Below, one piece after another: positions 49,760 to 63,500 of a DNA stretch of 64,000 bases (position 1 is its first letter; every line of letters begins with the position of its first letter). This stretch comes from Mobula hypostoma (lineage: Eukaryota), in the NCBI RefSeq assembly GCF_963921235.1, contig NC_086108.1, positions 76,634,001 through 76,698,000 of the forward strand. The letters are read 5' to 3'. Under the pieces are notes generated by a model. The model did not search any database. It was not told the origin of the DNA and saw nothing but the letters and a program-made list of their open reading frames with translations. Position numbers and translations under genes: made by a program.

Positions 49760-50480
49760 AAAAGTGAAAAGGGACTCAAATGCTGCACTAAATGTAGAGA
49801 ATTGTGATGGTATGACTAAGAACCACAAAGGAATAGACTTAACAATAGTCTCAAATATGATGGAAAAATAGAAACATAGAAAGATTTGAAATGAAAATTG
49901 CAGGTTGTGGGACTTTGGTAGCTGTAAGTGCGGTAAAAGGAAGTTTGATGAACAAGATACCAAAGTCAAGGATTTTGGTTCAAGGAGAGAAGAGATGTTT
50001 AGGCTTTAGGTTGTAAAGATGAACTTTACAGAGGGTAGAAAGATGAAGCCATACACACCAAACATACATTAATGAGAAATTAACATATAAGATTAATAAG
50101 GTGCAGTAAAGGACATGCATTTCGAATGAGAGCCCATTGAAATAATCAATTCATTTATGTCAGGCAGTGTGATGGGGAAGGTCTGGTTAATCAGACATGG
50201 GATTTGGATAGAAACAATGGATTATCTTTATAAAGAAGAAATACATTATCCCTCTCACTTTCAGTTGTTTTGAAGATGGAGATGACAGATTTAAAGAGAT
50301 GTTAAGGTAGAGACAGGGAGCTTGGCATTAATTGTCTCATGTACTTGTAATGGCAAATCTATTAAGCTAATATAATTAATGATAGTGCATCCAATGAAAA
50401 CACTGGAAAGTTACAAGAGCAAGACAGCATCAAGCATTGTTGCCAGTGACCTACTGATAAAGGACTCAGGGAAGATACTG
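49760..50480 (-). mobile_element. Very old LINE (L2-like) RT remnant
   Basis: Purine-rich degenerate sequence whose rc weakly resembles the YADD..LY region; weak. Confidence 0.3.
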
Positions 50481-51837
50481 TGGTTGTGCACGCCATGTTT
50501 TGAGGCTGATACTTTATTCAGTGGGAAGCTCAATGCATTGGTTTCTTCAGGCTTATGCTCTGGTTGGGTAGGTGTGGGAAAGGAGTCTTAGAGTGGTCAG
50601 GAAGAGATCCAGGAGCCAGAGACTGATAAAGGAGAAAGACCAGAATTGGAGAGCTGGAGACTGATTATGGATGGATGAGGCAGAGAAATGTTGTGGCCTC
50701 AGGATCACGGGGTCAATAGGATCAAGGCAGACTGATATTGGTGGAAAAGAGATCAGGAGATGGTCTGGGGTAAGTAATAGAAAGTAAGCAATTTGTTTGC
50801 ATATCAGATATCCCAATCTGGTGCTGTGCTGGGAATCCATATTATCTTGTAAGTCCAAGTTCCCCTGAATCATGTGGGACATGGAAATGATTCACCAAAT
50901 TTCTAGAGTGACACAGAAATTACCTACAAATGGTTCTTGTAGCCTTTCACTCCAGAATAAGAATTGATTTTTATTTGCATAATTCTGAAAATCCCACTTT
51001 AGATGATTACATTCCCAGACAGTATTATTTTGTTTGGTCTTATTGGGAATACAGATCCTGGTGTATCGACAAACAGACGAATCACACTTTCTTTCCATTT
51101 CAAAAGGACCACTGTACCTTGTACCTTTCTGGCTTCATCCTGCTTTATTAAAATTTCACATTAACCAGCTATTTTTGTTTTTAAATATTTTCCTTGCTAT
51201 TAGAAAAGAAACGCTTAGAATTTGCTATCAAACGCATATGTCAATCCCTCTGAAGTTTATGTTCTTCATAATTAGATACAGTTTTGTGGTAAACAACCTA
51301 TTTAATTAGAAAGAATCAATGCTACCTTCCCTTTTAAAAGCCTATAAAAATCTTGGCCAACCATTGCAATTTTTATTATTATTATGTGGAGACTGATATT
51401 AAGAACCTCATCAATGTGCCCAAGTTCTGACTAGAACTGAGCACCATTTGGATTGGCTGAGAAAATGAACACTCTTTTTCGCTTTTGTAAAGTCTTTTCC
51501 CGATTTTCTTGTTTAAGGATATAGAAGTTAGCTTGAAGCTGATGAAACAGAGACTGGGATGTTGATGTTTTTGAGTGGAACTTGGCTGCAGACTCCAACG
51601 TCTGTTGCACACATGGCTGTCTCAACACGACAGGCGGCTCACTACAAATGCCTCATGGACTGGGTACTACTAACTTGGCTTCTGTCTCTGAGGATCTAAA
51701 GAAGATTAACCCTTTCATATCCTCTTCTTCTATTATTGAGTAAAATATTAACATTGAACAATATATCGACACCTCATCAGTCTGCCCACTGGTATCTTAG
51801 GCTATGAATTGTTTGACTGAAACAGAATTAAAGATCA

Positions 51838-52215
51838 CAAAAGATTCTGCAGTTGCTGGAAGTTTTGAGCAACGCACACAAAGTGCTGGACAAACTTAGC
51901 AAGTCAGGCAGCATCTATGGAGGGGAATAAACAGTCGACATTTCAAGCCAAGAGCCTTCATCAGGACTGAAATGAAGGGGGCAGAAACCAAGAAAAGAAG
52001 TTGGGGGGAGGGAGTGGAAGGAGCACACACTGGCATATGATAGGTGTGACCGGTGAAGGACAAGATGGGTGGGTGGGAAAGGGGGGAATGAAATAAGAAT
52101 TGGGAGGTGACTGGTGGAAATGGTAAAAGGCTAAAGAAGTAACCTAATAAGAAAAGACAGTGGACCATAGAAGAAAGGAAAGGAGGAGGGGAACCAGAGG
52201 AGGGCTGTTTGAAGT
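51838..52215 (-). mobile_element. Penelope pLTR (long) with hammerhead motif at 51932-51969
   Basis: rc reads CAGTC-CTGATGA-AGGCTCTTGGCTT-GAAATGTC-GACTG (perfect 5-bp stem I); the purine-rich segment is the rc of 30350-30620. Confidence 0.85.
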
Positions 52216-52289
52216 AACGTGAGAGAGTGACATCTTGCAGGGCAGGATCCATTTGAAATCTGCAAGTCTCGTTGGAAGTGAGTCTTAGT

Positions 52290-54680
52290 TGAGCCAACTA
52301 AAAGAAAGGAGGTGAAAATGGAGTAGCCATTGTTGGAGTGGGGCAGTGTAAGAGCGGCCCATCTTTGGCTCAACAAGTTTGGGCAAACACAGGTGGAGCT
52401 TCCAAGTAAGTTCCTAGTAAGCTTTATTTTTTGTTAATACATAGATAGTGTGCTGAGAATGTGTCCAGAGTTAGTGGTATGTTCCTTGTGTGAGATGTGG
52501 GAACTTTTTCCAGTCTCCCTGATAATTACATTTGCATGAAGTGCGCATCAAGCAGCAGCTCCTTAGAAACCATGCTAAGGAACTGCAGCTGTAGGTCAAT
52601 GACCATTGGCTTAAATGGGAGGATGGCGGGGTGACAGATAGGAGCTACAAGGAGGTAGTCACCCATAAGTTGCAGGAGGCAGGCATCAGGGTGAGTGTCA
52701 GGAGAGGAAAAGGGAATAGATAGCCAGTGCAGAGTACCCCTCAGCCATTCCTCTCAATAATATGTTTTGGATACAGCTGGGGGGGATGACCTATCAGGGA
52801 GTCACTGCAACAAACAGGTCTCTGGCACTGAGCCTGGCTTTGTGGCTCAGAAGGGAAGCGGGGAGAAGTGCGGTAGTGATACTGGATTCCATAATTAGAG
52901 GAGCAGAGAGGAGATTCTGTGGATCTGATAAAGACATTGCGTTGGTAATTTGCCTCCCAGGTGGCAGGCTCAAGGATATCTTGGATCAGGTCCAAGGCAT
53001 TCGAATGGGGAGGATAAACATCTGGATGTCATGGTACATATTGGTACCAATGACATAGGTAGGAAATGAGAGGAGGTCCTGAAGAAAGAATATAGGGAGA
53101 TAGGTAGAAAGTTAAAAAGCAGGACCTCCAGGGTAGCAATATCTGGATTGCTGCCTGTGCTACGCACCAGTTATGGTAAGAGCAGGATGATCTGACAGAT
53201 GAATGCATGACTGAGGAATTGGTGCAGGGGCAAGGTTTTGGATTTCTGGATCATTAGGATCTCTTCTGGAGAAAGAACGACCTGCAGAAAAGGGACGGGT
53301 TATAGCTGAACCTGAGAGGGACCAATATCCTTGCAGGCAGGTTTACGAGAGCTGTTGGTAGGGCTTAAGCTAATTTGGCAGGGAGATGCAAACCATAAAG
53401 ATAGGGCCGAGGATGAGGCAGTTGGTATTTAAGTAGATTCAGTGTGTAGTGAACTGTGAAAAAAGACAGACAAATGATAGGGCAAAATTGCAGTCAGTGG
53501 GATGAGTTGAAGTGTAACATGGGGGCAAAATAAAAAGAGTGATGAATACAGGACTGAAGATGGTATATTGGAATGCACGCAGTATACAGAATAAGGTAGA
53601 TGATCTTATAACTCAGAAAGAGATTGGCAGGTACAATACATTGTATTGAAAGGACAGGCAGATAGGCAGAGGGGATGGGTGACTCTATTGGAAAAAAATT
53701 AATTAAATCCTTAAAAAGAGGTGACATAGGATCAGAAGGTGTAGAATCTGTAGGTTGAATTAAGAAACTGCAAGATAAAAAGTCCCTGATGGGAGTTACA
53801 TACAAGCCTCCAAATAGTAGCCGGGATGTGAGATACAAATTACAACAGGAGATAGCAAAGGCAGTTAAAATGGCAATATTGCAATAGTCATGGAGGATTT
53901 CAATATGAAGTTAGATTGAGAAAATCAGGTTGGTGCTGGATCCCAGGAGGGGGAATTTGTAGAATGCCTATGAGATGGCTTTTAAGAGCAGCTTATGGTT
54001 GAGCCCACTAGAGGAAAGGCAGTTCTAGGTTCGGTGTTGTATAATGAACCAAATTTGATTGAGGGAGTTTAAGATAAAGGAACCCTGAGGAAGCAGTGAT
54101 CATAGTATGACAGAATTCACCCTACAGTTTGAGAGGGAGAAGATAAAGTCAGATGTATCAGTATTACATAAGAGTAAAGGGAATTACAGAGGTATGAGAG
54201 AGGAATTGGCCAAAATTGATTGGAAGGGGACGTTAACAGGAATGATGGGAGAAAAACAATGGTTGTAGTTTCTGGGGACAATTTGGAAAGCACAGGATAG
54301 ATAAAGATAACAAAGATGAAGTATTCTAAAGGGAGATTGAGACAACCGTGGCTAACAAGGGAAGTCAAAAACAGCATAAAAGCAAAGGATACAATATAGC
54401 AAAAATTAGTGGGAAGTTAAAGGATTCAGAATTTTTTTAAAACAAAAGAAGGCAAATTAAAAATCCATAAGGAGAAAAATGATGAAGTATGAAGGGAAGC
54501 TTGCCAATAATATAAAAGACGATATGAAAAATGTTTTTCAGATATATAAGGAGTAATAGAGAGGTGAGAGTGGATATCAGACAACTGGAAAATGACACTA
54601 GAGAGGTAGTAATGGGGACAAAGAAGTAGTGGAGAACACATCAAGCATTTTGCATCTGTCTTCACTATGGAAGACACCAG
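52290..54680 (+). mobile_element. CR1 LINE 5' portion (5' UTR, ORF1 Cys motif and SGNH esterase, ORF2 endonuclease), 3'-truncated
   Basis: VVCSLCEMWE...DNYICMKC; AVVILDSIIRG...VICLPG, VHIGTNDIG (esterase); YWNARSIQNKVDDL, YKPPNS, MEDFNM, SDHSMTEF. Confidence 0.9.
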
Positions 54681-55911
54681 CTATGTCGACCAAATGGTCC
54701 CTCAGTCTTCACCAGGTCACATTGATGTAGAGGAGGCAGCACCAGGTGTACTGGATACAGTCAGTAAAATTAATGAGTAACTTTCTTTGAAATGCAAAGC
54801 TTAAAGACAACGTGTGAATAATATTTATCAAAAACATATTTTTTAAATTTAGTTTTGGCTGCATTTTAATTTGCCCTGATATAAAACCATCTTAATATAA
54901 TTCTGTCTTTCTGTCTGCTGTTCTGAGGAATAGTCATCAGCATGAAATATTAACAGAACATCTTCCATCCACATATTCCCTGCATTTTCTATTCTTGTTT
55001 TCTTGTGTCTTCCTTTGTTTTGAACTTTTTTTTATCACAATTGGAGATGAACTTTTTGCTGTTAGATGTATCACATAATTCATTTTCCTCATCCTACTTG
55101 GCTAACAATCACACACAACTTTTCGTAGAGGTCTGTTGAGCTCCACTTAAGTAGTTTATGACTGGACTGAAATAAGGCAAAAGATTTTGCTGATGTGTCA
55201 TTAAGTTTGGACCACTTCAGTTCATGGTTGCTGTAAGTCCTCAGTCTGGAATTTCCTTTAATTTGGCACATTTAGGTTCGAGTGTTAGAGAGCCACACTG
55301 TATAACTTTGAAACAGGCCTTTTGCCTCACTGATCCCACACTGAATGTCAACCACCCACTTACACTAACCCTTCAGAAATCCCCTTTAAATTCTGTCACA
55401 TTGCCTTCAATTCTCTCCAAATTCTACTGTTTGCCTACACGCTCATGACAAGTTACAGCAGCCATTTAATCTACCAACCTGCATATATTTGGGATGTGTG
55501 AAGGAAAATGGCACAGTCTTAAGAAGAACATGCTAACTCCACATGGACAGTGCTAGTGGTGAGGATTGAACTATGAGATAGTACAGTATCTGTACAAGCT
55601 GCTCCATCGTACCTCCCAGACATGCAGTTGCCATCCAGAAAATGGGTATAAGAGATAGAAATGACATCTGGTGCAGAAGAGAACACTGTGAGAAGGTTAA
55701 AGAGTCCCAGGGTACCAGGAAAAGTAATTACGTCATACATTAGTGATAAATTATGTAAAAGTGATTTAAAGTCACATAATTGTAAACTATTGGTCATTAA
55801 AAGTTGAAGTGTTCCATTCACTAGCTATGAAATCTCTTAGTTTGATGAGCAAAGAATCTTGAAAATATATTTCTACTACAGCTATAATGAAGGGTGATAG
55901 TAAGATCACCC

Positions 55912-56222
55912 TGGGGGTGTGGTGCTACGGTATCGTAGCAGTTAGCGCTGTGTTATTACAGCTCAGGGCATTGGAGTTCAGAGTTCAATTCTGGCATCCC
56001 CTGCAAGATGTTTTGCACGTTCTTCTCATGAGCACGTGGGTTTCCTTCAGGTGCTCCTGTTTCCTCTCACAATCCAAAGACGTACCAGTTGCTAGTTAAT
56101 GGGTCATTGCAAACTGTTCCGTGGTTAGGCTGGGGTTAAATAGGTGGGTTGCTAGGCAGCGTGGCTCATTGTGCTGGAAAAGCATGTTCCGCGCTGTATC
56201 TCTGAATAAATAAAATAAATGA
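55912..56222 (+). mobile_element. V-SINE/HE1-like SINE
   Basis: Homologous to 5970-6263: GAGTTCAATTCT, TGGGTTTCCTTCAGGTGCTCCTGTTTCCTCTCACAATCCAAAGA, (TAAA)n tail. Confidence 0.85.
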
Positions 56223-57369
56223 AAATGATGAAGAAAAATGCATTTCTTGTATTTTTCTAGTCAGTCAGTATTTCATTGGCAAGAATGAGGAATGACTTTG
56301 CAGCGATTTTGAAGTTATTTGGTATTGGCATGTTAAATGAGATGAAATGATGGAGAAAAAGATCATTTCATATTTGAAAATGAGGGCAAGTGGAATTAAT
56401 TGGAACTGCTACTGAAAGAGTCTAATGACACAAGAAGGGCCAAATGGCCCCCATCTGTGCTATAACTTTCAGTGGCTGGAGAGCTGTTTATATAAAGTTC
56501 AAAATAGAGAGAGAAGGCATGATGAAAGACGAACTGTGCATTCATCCCTGCAGCAGTATTAGGAAGATGTGAAGAAGAATGACCTTTGCTAGTTTCTTTA
56601 CTCCAATGCCCAACAGCTAAACTAATGGCTTTACACTCCTTAGAGGAACCCAACAAATTGAATTATTTTATAAGAGAAATATTTTCCCCATGATTTATTT
56701 TTTAATCTGAACTCATGATGGAAGAATACATTCCATGTACTGTGGAAGGGTACTTTACAATTCATGTACGCAACCTTGCTAGGTCTCAAGAACCTACCAT
56801 TTATTGTATTTACATACCAATTAACGGGGTGACTTTCATCCCAGAGTGATATCCAAGAGGGGAAGTTGCCCAGCCAGCAGTCCCACTGGGTAGCCGCTTT
56901 CATTTTGAGAATGAAGTGTCATTTGCAGGAATCTATCAGGATGCAGTAGAAAGCAAGGAATACAACACATTGCTCCAGCTCCAGGCCACGACAATAGTTG
57001 TCACCCTGGATGACCTTCAGTCTGGAAAGAGGTACAGATAAGTGAATACTCAATAGAGTGGATCTTGACTTTGTGTGTTAGTGTAACACGAGCAATAGTG
57101 AGTTGACAGCCCGTTTTACATCTCCCCAAGCAACTGGAAGTCCATCAAATTGCAGATGGCATTTTTTGTGAGTGAAGTAAGAATTAACTCTTTCTGCACT
57201 GTAGAAAAATAAAAGAAGCTGTGCTGATAAAACTGAAGTTTTTTCACTTATAATTTCCTGAAATAGGAATATGTTCTTTGGTATCATTCACAGAACAAAC
57301 AATATTCCTCAGAAATGAGTGGGGTACATTTTTCCAAGCTTTATTTTAGAAAGGAAATTGTGGAAGGTC

Positions 57370-57705
57370 AATGGGCAATTCAGTGCAACATCAATCAGGG
57401 CTGCTGCCTCACAGCTCTTAGGAGCTGATACAATCCTAACCGTTAGGTGCATTCAGGGTGGAATTTGCATTTTCCCTATGACCACATGGAGTTTTGCTTT
57501 CCTGTCACATCCCACGCCATGTATTGGCTGCCGTAAATTACCCCCTTAGTTTTAACAAGTGGCAAAAAGAATTAAAGCGGAGTTGATCAGCATGTGAGGG
57601 ATGCAGGCAAATAAGGGAAATAGAATGCGACTGATGGACTTGCTGTGCTCGGAGCTGGCAGTGACCCAATGGGTTGAATGGCCTCTTTCTGTATTGTCAC
57701 TGTAA
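57370..57705 (+). mobile_element. Older V-SINE-like copy
   Basis: GCTGCTGCCTCACAGCT head, GGAATTTGCATTTTCCCTATGACCACATGG core, CR1-like tail GGGTTGAATGGCCTC. Confidence 0.55.
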
Positions 57706-58224
57706 GATTTTTCACATATTGCTTGATTTCTTTCAAAATCAATAAAAAAAATTGCAGCATTTTTGCGAAAAATGCAGTATATAGAACCTTCCAATGTAAA
57801 ACAGGGAAAATAGACGACTTGCACAGGAGTATGATAAATGCACATGATTTAATAGGGAATTTGTCCTGTTTTCAATCGCTTTGATCAATATATCTTTATA
57901 TTTGTCACATCCTGCGAATAAATTGCCCATTCAAATGCAATTCAATAAAATGGTTATCATTGTACCAAATATGCAGTCTGAACTATGAATGCCAGTTTCA
58001 GCTCTGGGGAAGCTGGGATGCTCCTATTGAAATATCTACCCATTGCTTATTATTACTGGATTGCTCCAGTATTGTTGTACAGTATGCGAGCAAGGGTTTT
58101 TTGATAGCCAACATATTTTCCTTTCAAAAGTTGTGGACTGCCAAAGGTAGAAATTGAAAACAAAAACAATGCTGGATCTATTCAATGAGTAGCTTCTGTG
58201 GGGTGAGTGAGAAGCAGGGGCAGA

Positions 58225-58730
58225 ATTAATTTTATTATTACTGATATTTGTCATGACATTTGTTCTATTATTGCAGCAGTACAGTGCAATACATGAAATA
58301 TATTATAAATTATATATTATATATATGTGTGTGTGTGTCATGAAAAAGAGAGCAAAAATAACGATGTAGTGTTCATGGCTTCATTTTCCATTCGGAATTT
58401 TGATGGTGGATAGGAAGAAGTTATTCATAAAACACAGAGTGTGTGTCTTCAGACTCCTGTACTTCCTTTCTGATGGTAGTAATGAGAAGCAGCCAAGTCC
58501 TGGGTGTTGGGATGCCTTAATGATGAATGCTGCCTTTTTGGGGGATCATCTTTTGAAGATGTTCTTGATGGTGGTAAGGCTAGTGCCCATGGTGGAGTTG
58601 GCTGAGTTTACAACCCTCTGCAGTTTTTTCTGATCCTGTGCAGTGGCCCTCCCTGCATCAGATGGAGATGCAACCAGTTAGAATGCTCTCCGTGGTACAT
58701 CTGTAGAAATTTGCTAGAGTCTTTGGTGAT
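58225..58730 (-). mobile_element. Rex1/Babar-like LINE 3' fragment
   Basis: rc encodes HPGLG.FSLLPSERKYRSLKTH and FYRCTTESILTGCI motifs. Confidence 0.8.
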
Positions 58731-58744
58731 CTCTTGGATAATTT

Positions 58745-59800
58745 CTTCCCATTTCAACAGCTGACCCTTATTTTGATCCCTGATTGCCAGGGATACATTA
58801 TCTCTATATCTACCCAGTCAACCCCATTGAGTATTGTAGTACAATCAGCTTTCATTCCTCTAAACTACTGGGAGGATATGCCCAGTCCATTTAATGTCTT
58901 AAGATAGGAAAACCTCAACCCACCCTCCCTCCACATTCTCCACACCTCACCTCACTATTTGAGGAATCAGCCTGGTGAACATTTATTTCATTCTACCTAC
59001 TGCAAGGAAGGGAAACCGCACCCGTACAAAATATTCCACTCACAGATGTGCTGCTGCAGTTACGCGGCTATCAAGCCTCTTTGCTCTTGCGCTTGGATTT
59101 TCTTACAATAAAGACTAACATTTGTTTGCCTTCCAATTGCTTGCTGTACTTACCTGTTAATTTTTGGTGATTCATAGGCAAGGACTCCCAGATCCCTCTA
59201 AACACTAATGCCCTTTGGTCTCTGTCTATTTAAAACAGACATTTTCTAACATTCTCTGCCATTTGCAATGTCCTCAATTATTTACTTAACCTGTCCTTAT
59301 CCCTTCAGAGTCTACCTGCATCCTCTTCACGCCGACTGTGGGCATTCAGCTTTATCTCATTTGCATACTGGCATTGCATTTGTCTCATCACCCAAATCAT
59401 TTCCCTTGACAGTGAACAGCTTCAGCTCCAGCAGTGATCCCTGCAGCAACTCACTAGTCCCAACCTCCCAACCCAAAAATTGTTCATTTATTCTGATTCT
59501 TTGTTTTCAGCCCACTAACCATATTTAAATATGTGCCAATACAGTATGTGATCTCCAATGCCATGCACTCTAATCCTCTTTAATTATCTCTTGTATGTCA
59601 CTCTATCAAAGACTTTCTGAAAGATTCCAAATGCACCAGTTTGTCCTTATCTGTTCCTCTAATTTTATCCTCATGTATTCTAACAAACTCGTTGAATGTG
59701 ATTTCGCTTTAGAAACACATTTGATTCTGCTCAGTCCTTTTATTATTTTCTGAGTGCCCTGTTCGGTAATAGATTCTAGCACTTTCCCAGCTCCTGATTA
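58745..59800 (-). mobile_element. Old CR1 RT fragment
   Basis: Degenerate CR1-like sequence (TATCAAAGACTTTCTGAAAGATTCCAAAT is the rc of the DFQKAFD region). Confidence 0.6.
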
Positions 59801-59804
59801 TAAA

Positions 59805-62800
59805 CTATAAGACCATAAGACATAGGAGCATAATTAGGTCATTTGGCCCATCAAGTCTGCTCCATTTTTCAATCACAGCTGATCCTTTTTTTCCCTCCTC
59901 AGCCCCACGCCCTGTAACCTTTGATAGAGTACTGTGTTTAATCTCTGCCTTAAATACACCCAATGACCTGGCCTCCACGGCTGCCTGTGGTAACAAATTC
60001 AACAAATTCACCACCATCTGGCTAAAGAAATTTCTCCACACCTCTGTTTTAAATGGGTGCCCCTCTATCCTGAGGCTGTGCCCTCTTGTCCTAGACTCCA
60101 CCCCCATGGGAAACATTTTTTCCACATCTACTCTTTCAACATTTGAAAGGTTTCATTGAGATCCCCCCTCATCCTTTTAAATTCCAGCAAGTACAGACCC
60201 AGAGCCACAAATGTTCCTCGCATGATAACCCTTTCATTTCTGAAATCATCCTCGTGAACCTCCTCTGAACCCTCTCCAATGCCAGCACATCTTTTCTGAG
60301 ATGGAAGCCCAAAACTGATCAGAATACTCAAGGTGAGGCCTCACCAGTGCCTTATAAAGCCTCAACATCACATCCCTGCTCTTCTATTCTAGACCTTTTG
60401 AAATGAATGCTAACATTACATTTGTCTTCCTCACCACTGACTCATCCTGCAAGTTGACCTTTAGGGTGTTCTGCACAAGGACTCCCAAGTCCCTTTACAT
60501 CTCAGGTTTTTGGATTTTCTCTCTAGAAAATAGTCTGCACATTTATTTCTACTACCAAAGTGGACAACCATGTATTTTCCAATATTGTATTTCATTTGCC
60601 ACTCTCTTGCCGATTCTCCTAATCTGTCTAAGTTCTTTTGTATCCTACCTGTTTCCTCAACACTACCTGCCCCTCCACCAATCTTCGTATCATCTGCAAA
60701 CTTGGCAACAAAGCCATCTATTCCATCACCTAAATCATTGAGAAACAGAAAAATAAGAAGCGGTCCCGACACCAACCCCTGCACTGGCAGCCAACCAGAA
60801 AAAGGATCCTTTTATTCCCAGTCATTGCCTTCTACCAATCAGACAATGTTCTAACCATGTCAGTAACTTTCATGAAATTCCATGGGCTCGTAACTTGGTA
60901 AGCAACCTTATGTGAGGCGCCTTGTCAAAGGCCTTCTGAAAGTCCAAATATACAATATCCACCGCACTCCTTTTACCTATCCTACTTGTAATCTCCTCAA
61001 AGATTTCCAACAGGTTCATCAGGCAGGATTTTCCCTTAAGGAAACCATGCTGACTTTGTCCTATCTTGTCCTGTGTCACCAGGTACTCCATTACCTCATC
61101 CTTAGCAATTGACTCTTAACATTTTCCCAACCACTGAGGTCAGGCTAACTGGTCTATAACTTCCTTTCTGCTGCCTTCCTCCTTTCTTAAAGAGCGGAGT
61201 GACATTTGCAATTTTCCAGTCCTCTGGCACCATGCCAGAGTCCAATGATTTTTGAAAGATCATTTCTAATGCCACCACAGTCTCTAACACTACCTCTTTC
61301 AGAATCCTAGGGTGCAGTTTATCTGGTCTGGGTGACTTATGTACCCTTAGGATTTTCAGCATTTTGTGCACCTTCTCCCTTACAATAATAACTGCACTCA
61401 CTTCTCTTCCCTCACACCCTTCAACATCTGGCACAATGCTACTGTCTTCCACAGTGAAGACTGATGCAAAATACTCATTTAGTTCATCCAGCATCTCCTT
61501 GTCCCTTGTTATTATTTCTCTGGCCTCATTTTCTTGCTGTCATATATCCAGTCTCATCTCGTCAGGCAGGTATATTTTACATACTTGAAGAAGCTTTTAT
61601 TATCCACTTTGATGTCATCTTTTCTTTCCTAATAACTGTTTTAGTTTATCTCTGTAGGTTTTTAAAAGCTTCCCAACCCTCTATCTTCCCACTAATTTTT
61701 GCTTTGTTGTATGCCCTCTCTTTTGCTTTTACTTTACCTTTGTCAGCCACTGTTGTACCATTTTGCCATTTGAGTATTTCTTCATTATCACATTACATCT
61801 GCCCTGCACCTTCCTCATTTTCCCCAGAAACTCACACCATTGCTGCTCTGCTGTCATCCCTACCAGCATCTCCTTCCAATTTACTTTGACTAGCTTTTAT
61901 CTCATGCCACTGTAATTTCCTTTATTCCACTGAAATACTGCTACGTCAGACTTTACTTTCTCCCTACCAAATTTCAAGTTGATCTCAATCATATTGTGAT
62001 CACTACCTCCTCAGTGTTCTTTTATCTTAAGCTCCCTAATCACCTCCAACTCATTACATAACACCCAATTCAGTGTAGCTAATCCCCTAGTGGGCTCATT
62101 GACAAACTGCTCTAAAAAGCCATCTCTTACACATTCAACAAGTTCACTCTCTCGAGATCCATTACCAACCTGATTTTCCCAATTGACCTGCATTTTGAAA
62201 TCTCCCATGACTGTCATAGCATTGTCCTTTTGACACATCTTTTCTACTTCCTGCTGTAATCTGCAGTCCACATCCCAGTGACTGTTGGGAGGCCTGTAAA
62301 TAACTGCCTTCAGGGTCCTTTTACCCTCACAGTTTCTTAACTCAGTGCACAAGGTTTCAACATCTTCTGATCCTATGTCACATCTTTCTACCGCTTTGAT
62401 GCCATTCTTTACCAACAGAGCCACACCACCCCCTCTGTTTACCTTCCTATCCCTCCAATTCAGTTTGTAACCTTGGACATTCAGCTCCCAACTATAACTA
62501 TCCTTCAGCCACAATTCAGTGATGGCCAAAACATCATACCTGACAATCTGAAATAGTGCAACAAGATCATCCACCTTATTTCTTATACTCTGTGCATTGA
62601 GATATAACTTTTTGAGTATTGTATTTGCTACCCTTTTTGATTCTGCACTGCTAATGCACTGATACTCACCCTGCTGGCTGCAATTTTGTCCTATTATCTG
62701 CCTGCCCTTCCTGACAGTCTGATTGCACGCTATCTTTGCTTTTTTACCATCTGTCCTATCCTGAGTCCCTTCACTCTGGTTCTCACCCCCTGCCAAATTA

Positions 62801-62965
62801 GTTTAAACCCTCCCCAACAGCTCTAACAAACCTTCCCCGGGAGAATATTAGTCCCCCTCAGGTTCAGTTGCAAGAAATCCCTTTTGTATGGGTCATACCT
62901 CTACCAGTGGAGATCCAATGATTCAAGAACCTGAAGCCCTGCCCCGGCACCAGCTTCTCAAACCA
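59805..62965 (-). mobile_element. CR1 LINE, ORF1 end plus most of ORF2 (APE endonuclease and RT), defective
   Basis: 261-aa ORF 62011-62796 with YLNAQSIRNK, LAITELWL, GGGVALLVK, IYRPPN, MGDFK; RT motifs QHGFLKGKSC, YLDFQKAFDK, GPLL..F.NDL, KFADDTK; CTATAAGACCATAAGACATAG tail. Confidence 0.95.
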
Positions 62966-63289
62966 TTTAGCAAGCCATTTGGTCTGCTGTTCATTGTTTT
63001 ATTATCTCTCTAGCCTTTCTGAAAATAGTGTGTTACATTTGTTACCTTCTAACTTAATGGAACCGTATTAGAATCTGCAGAACTTTGGAAAGCATCCATG
63101 GTCCCATAGCTACTCATTCAAATCTATGGATTGGAGATCGTCAGGTGCTGGAAATCAGGTTCGGGAACATTTGTTCCTCCACTTTTTTTTACTAATACTA
63201 ACTTTTTTCAACTTGTCCTTTGTATTTGCTGTTCTCCCTATTTCTGAAGGGATTGTCTTCTGCCATGAATATTTGTTTATGAGATTTGC

Positions 63290-63500
63290 AAGGCAAGTTT
63301 TTTTTTACACAGGGAGTGGTAGATGCCTAGAGCACATTGTTTGGGGAGGTGGTGGAAGCAGATATGATTGCAATGTTTAAGAAGCATTTATCACTGGAGC
63401 AGGTGGGGAACAGATGGGGTTAGTTTGCTTTGACATCATTATTGGGACAAACATGGCACACCAAAGGGCCCGTTCCTGTGCTGTACTTCTCTGTGTTCAA
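63290..63500 (+). mobile_element. CR1 3' end fragment
   Basis: TTTTTTACACAGGGAGTGGTAG...AAGGGCCCGTTCCTGTGCTGTAC..CTGTGTTC. Confidence 0.7.

Noticed and set aside
56850..57041. Open frame ending TTIVVTLDDLQSGKRY, reminiscent of a fibronectin type III strand
   Set aside because: Bounded by stops, weak donor site, and no other FN3 hallmarks or neighbouring exons
62011..62796. Longest ORF (261 aa) as a host gene
   Set aside because: It is the APE endonuclease region of a defective CR1
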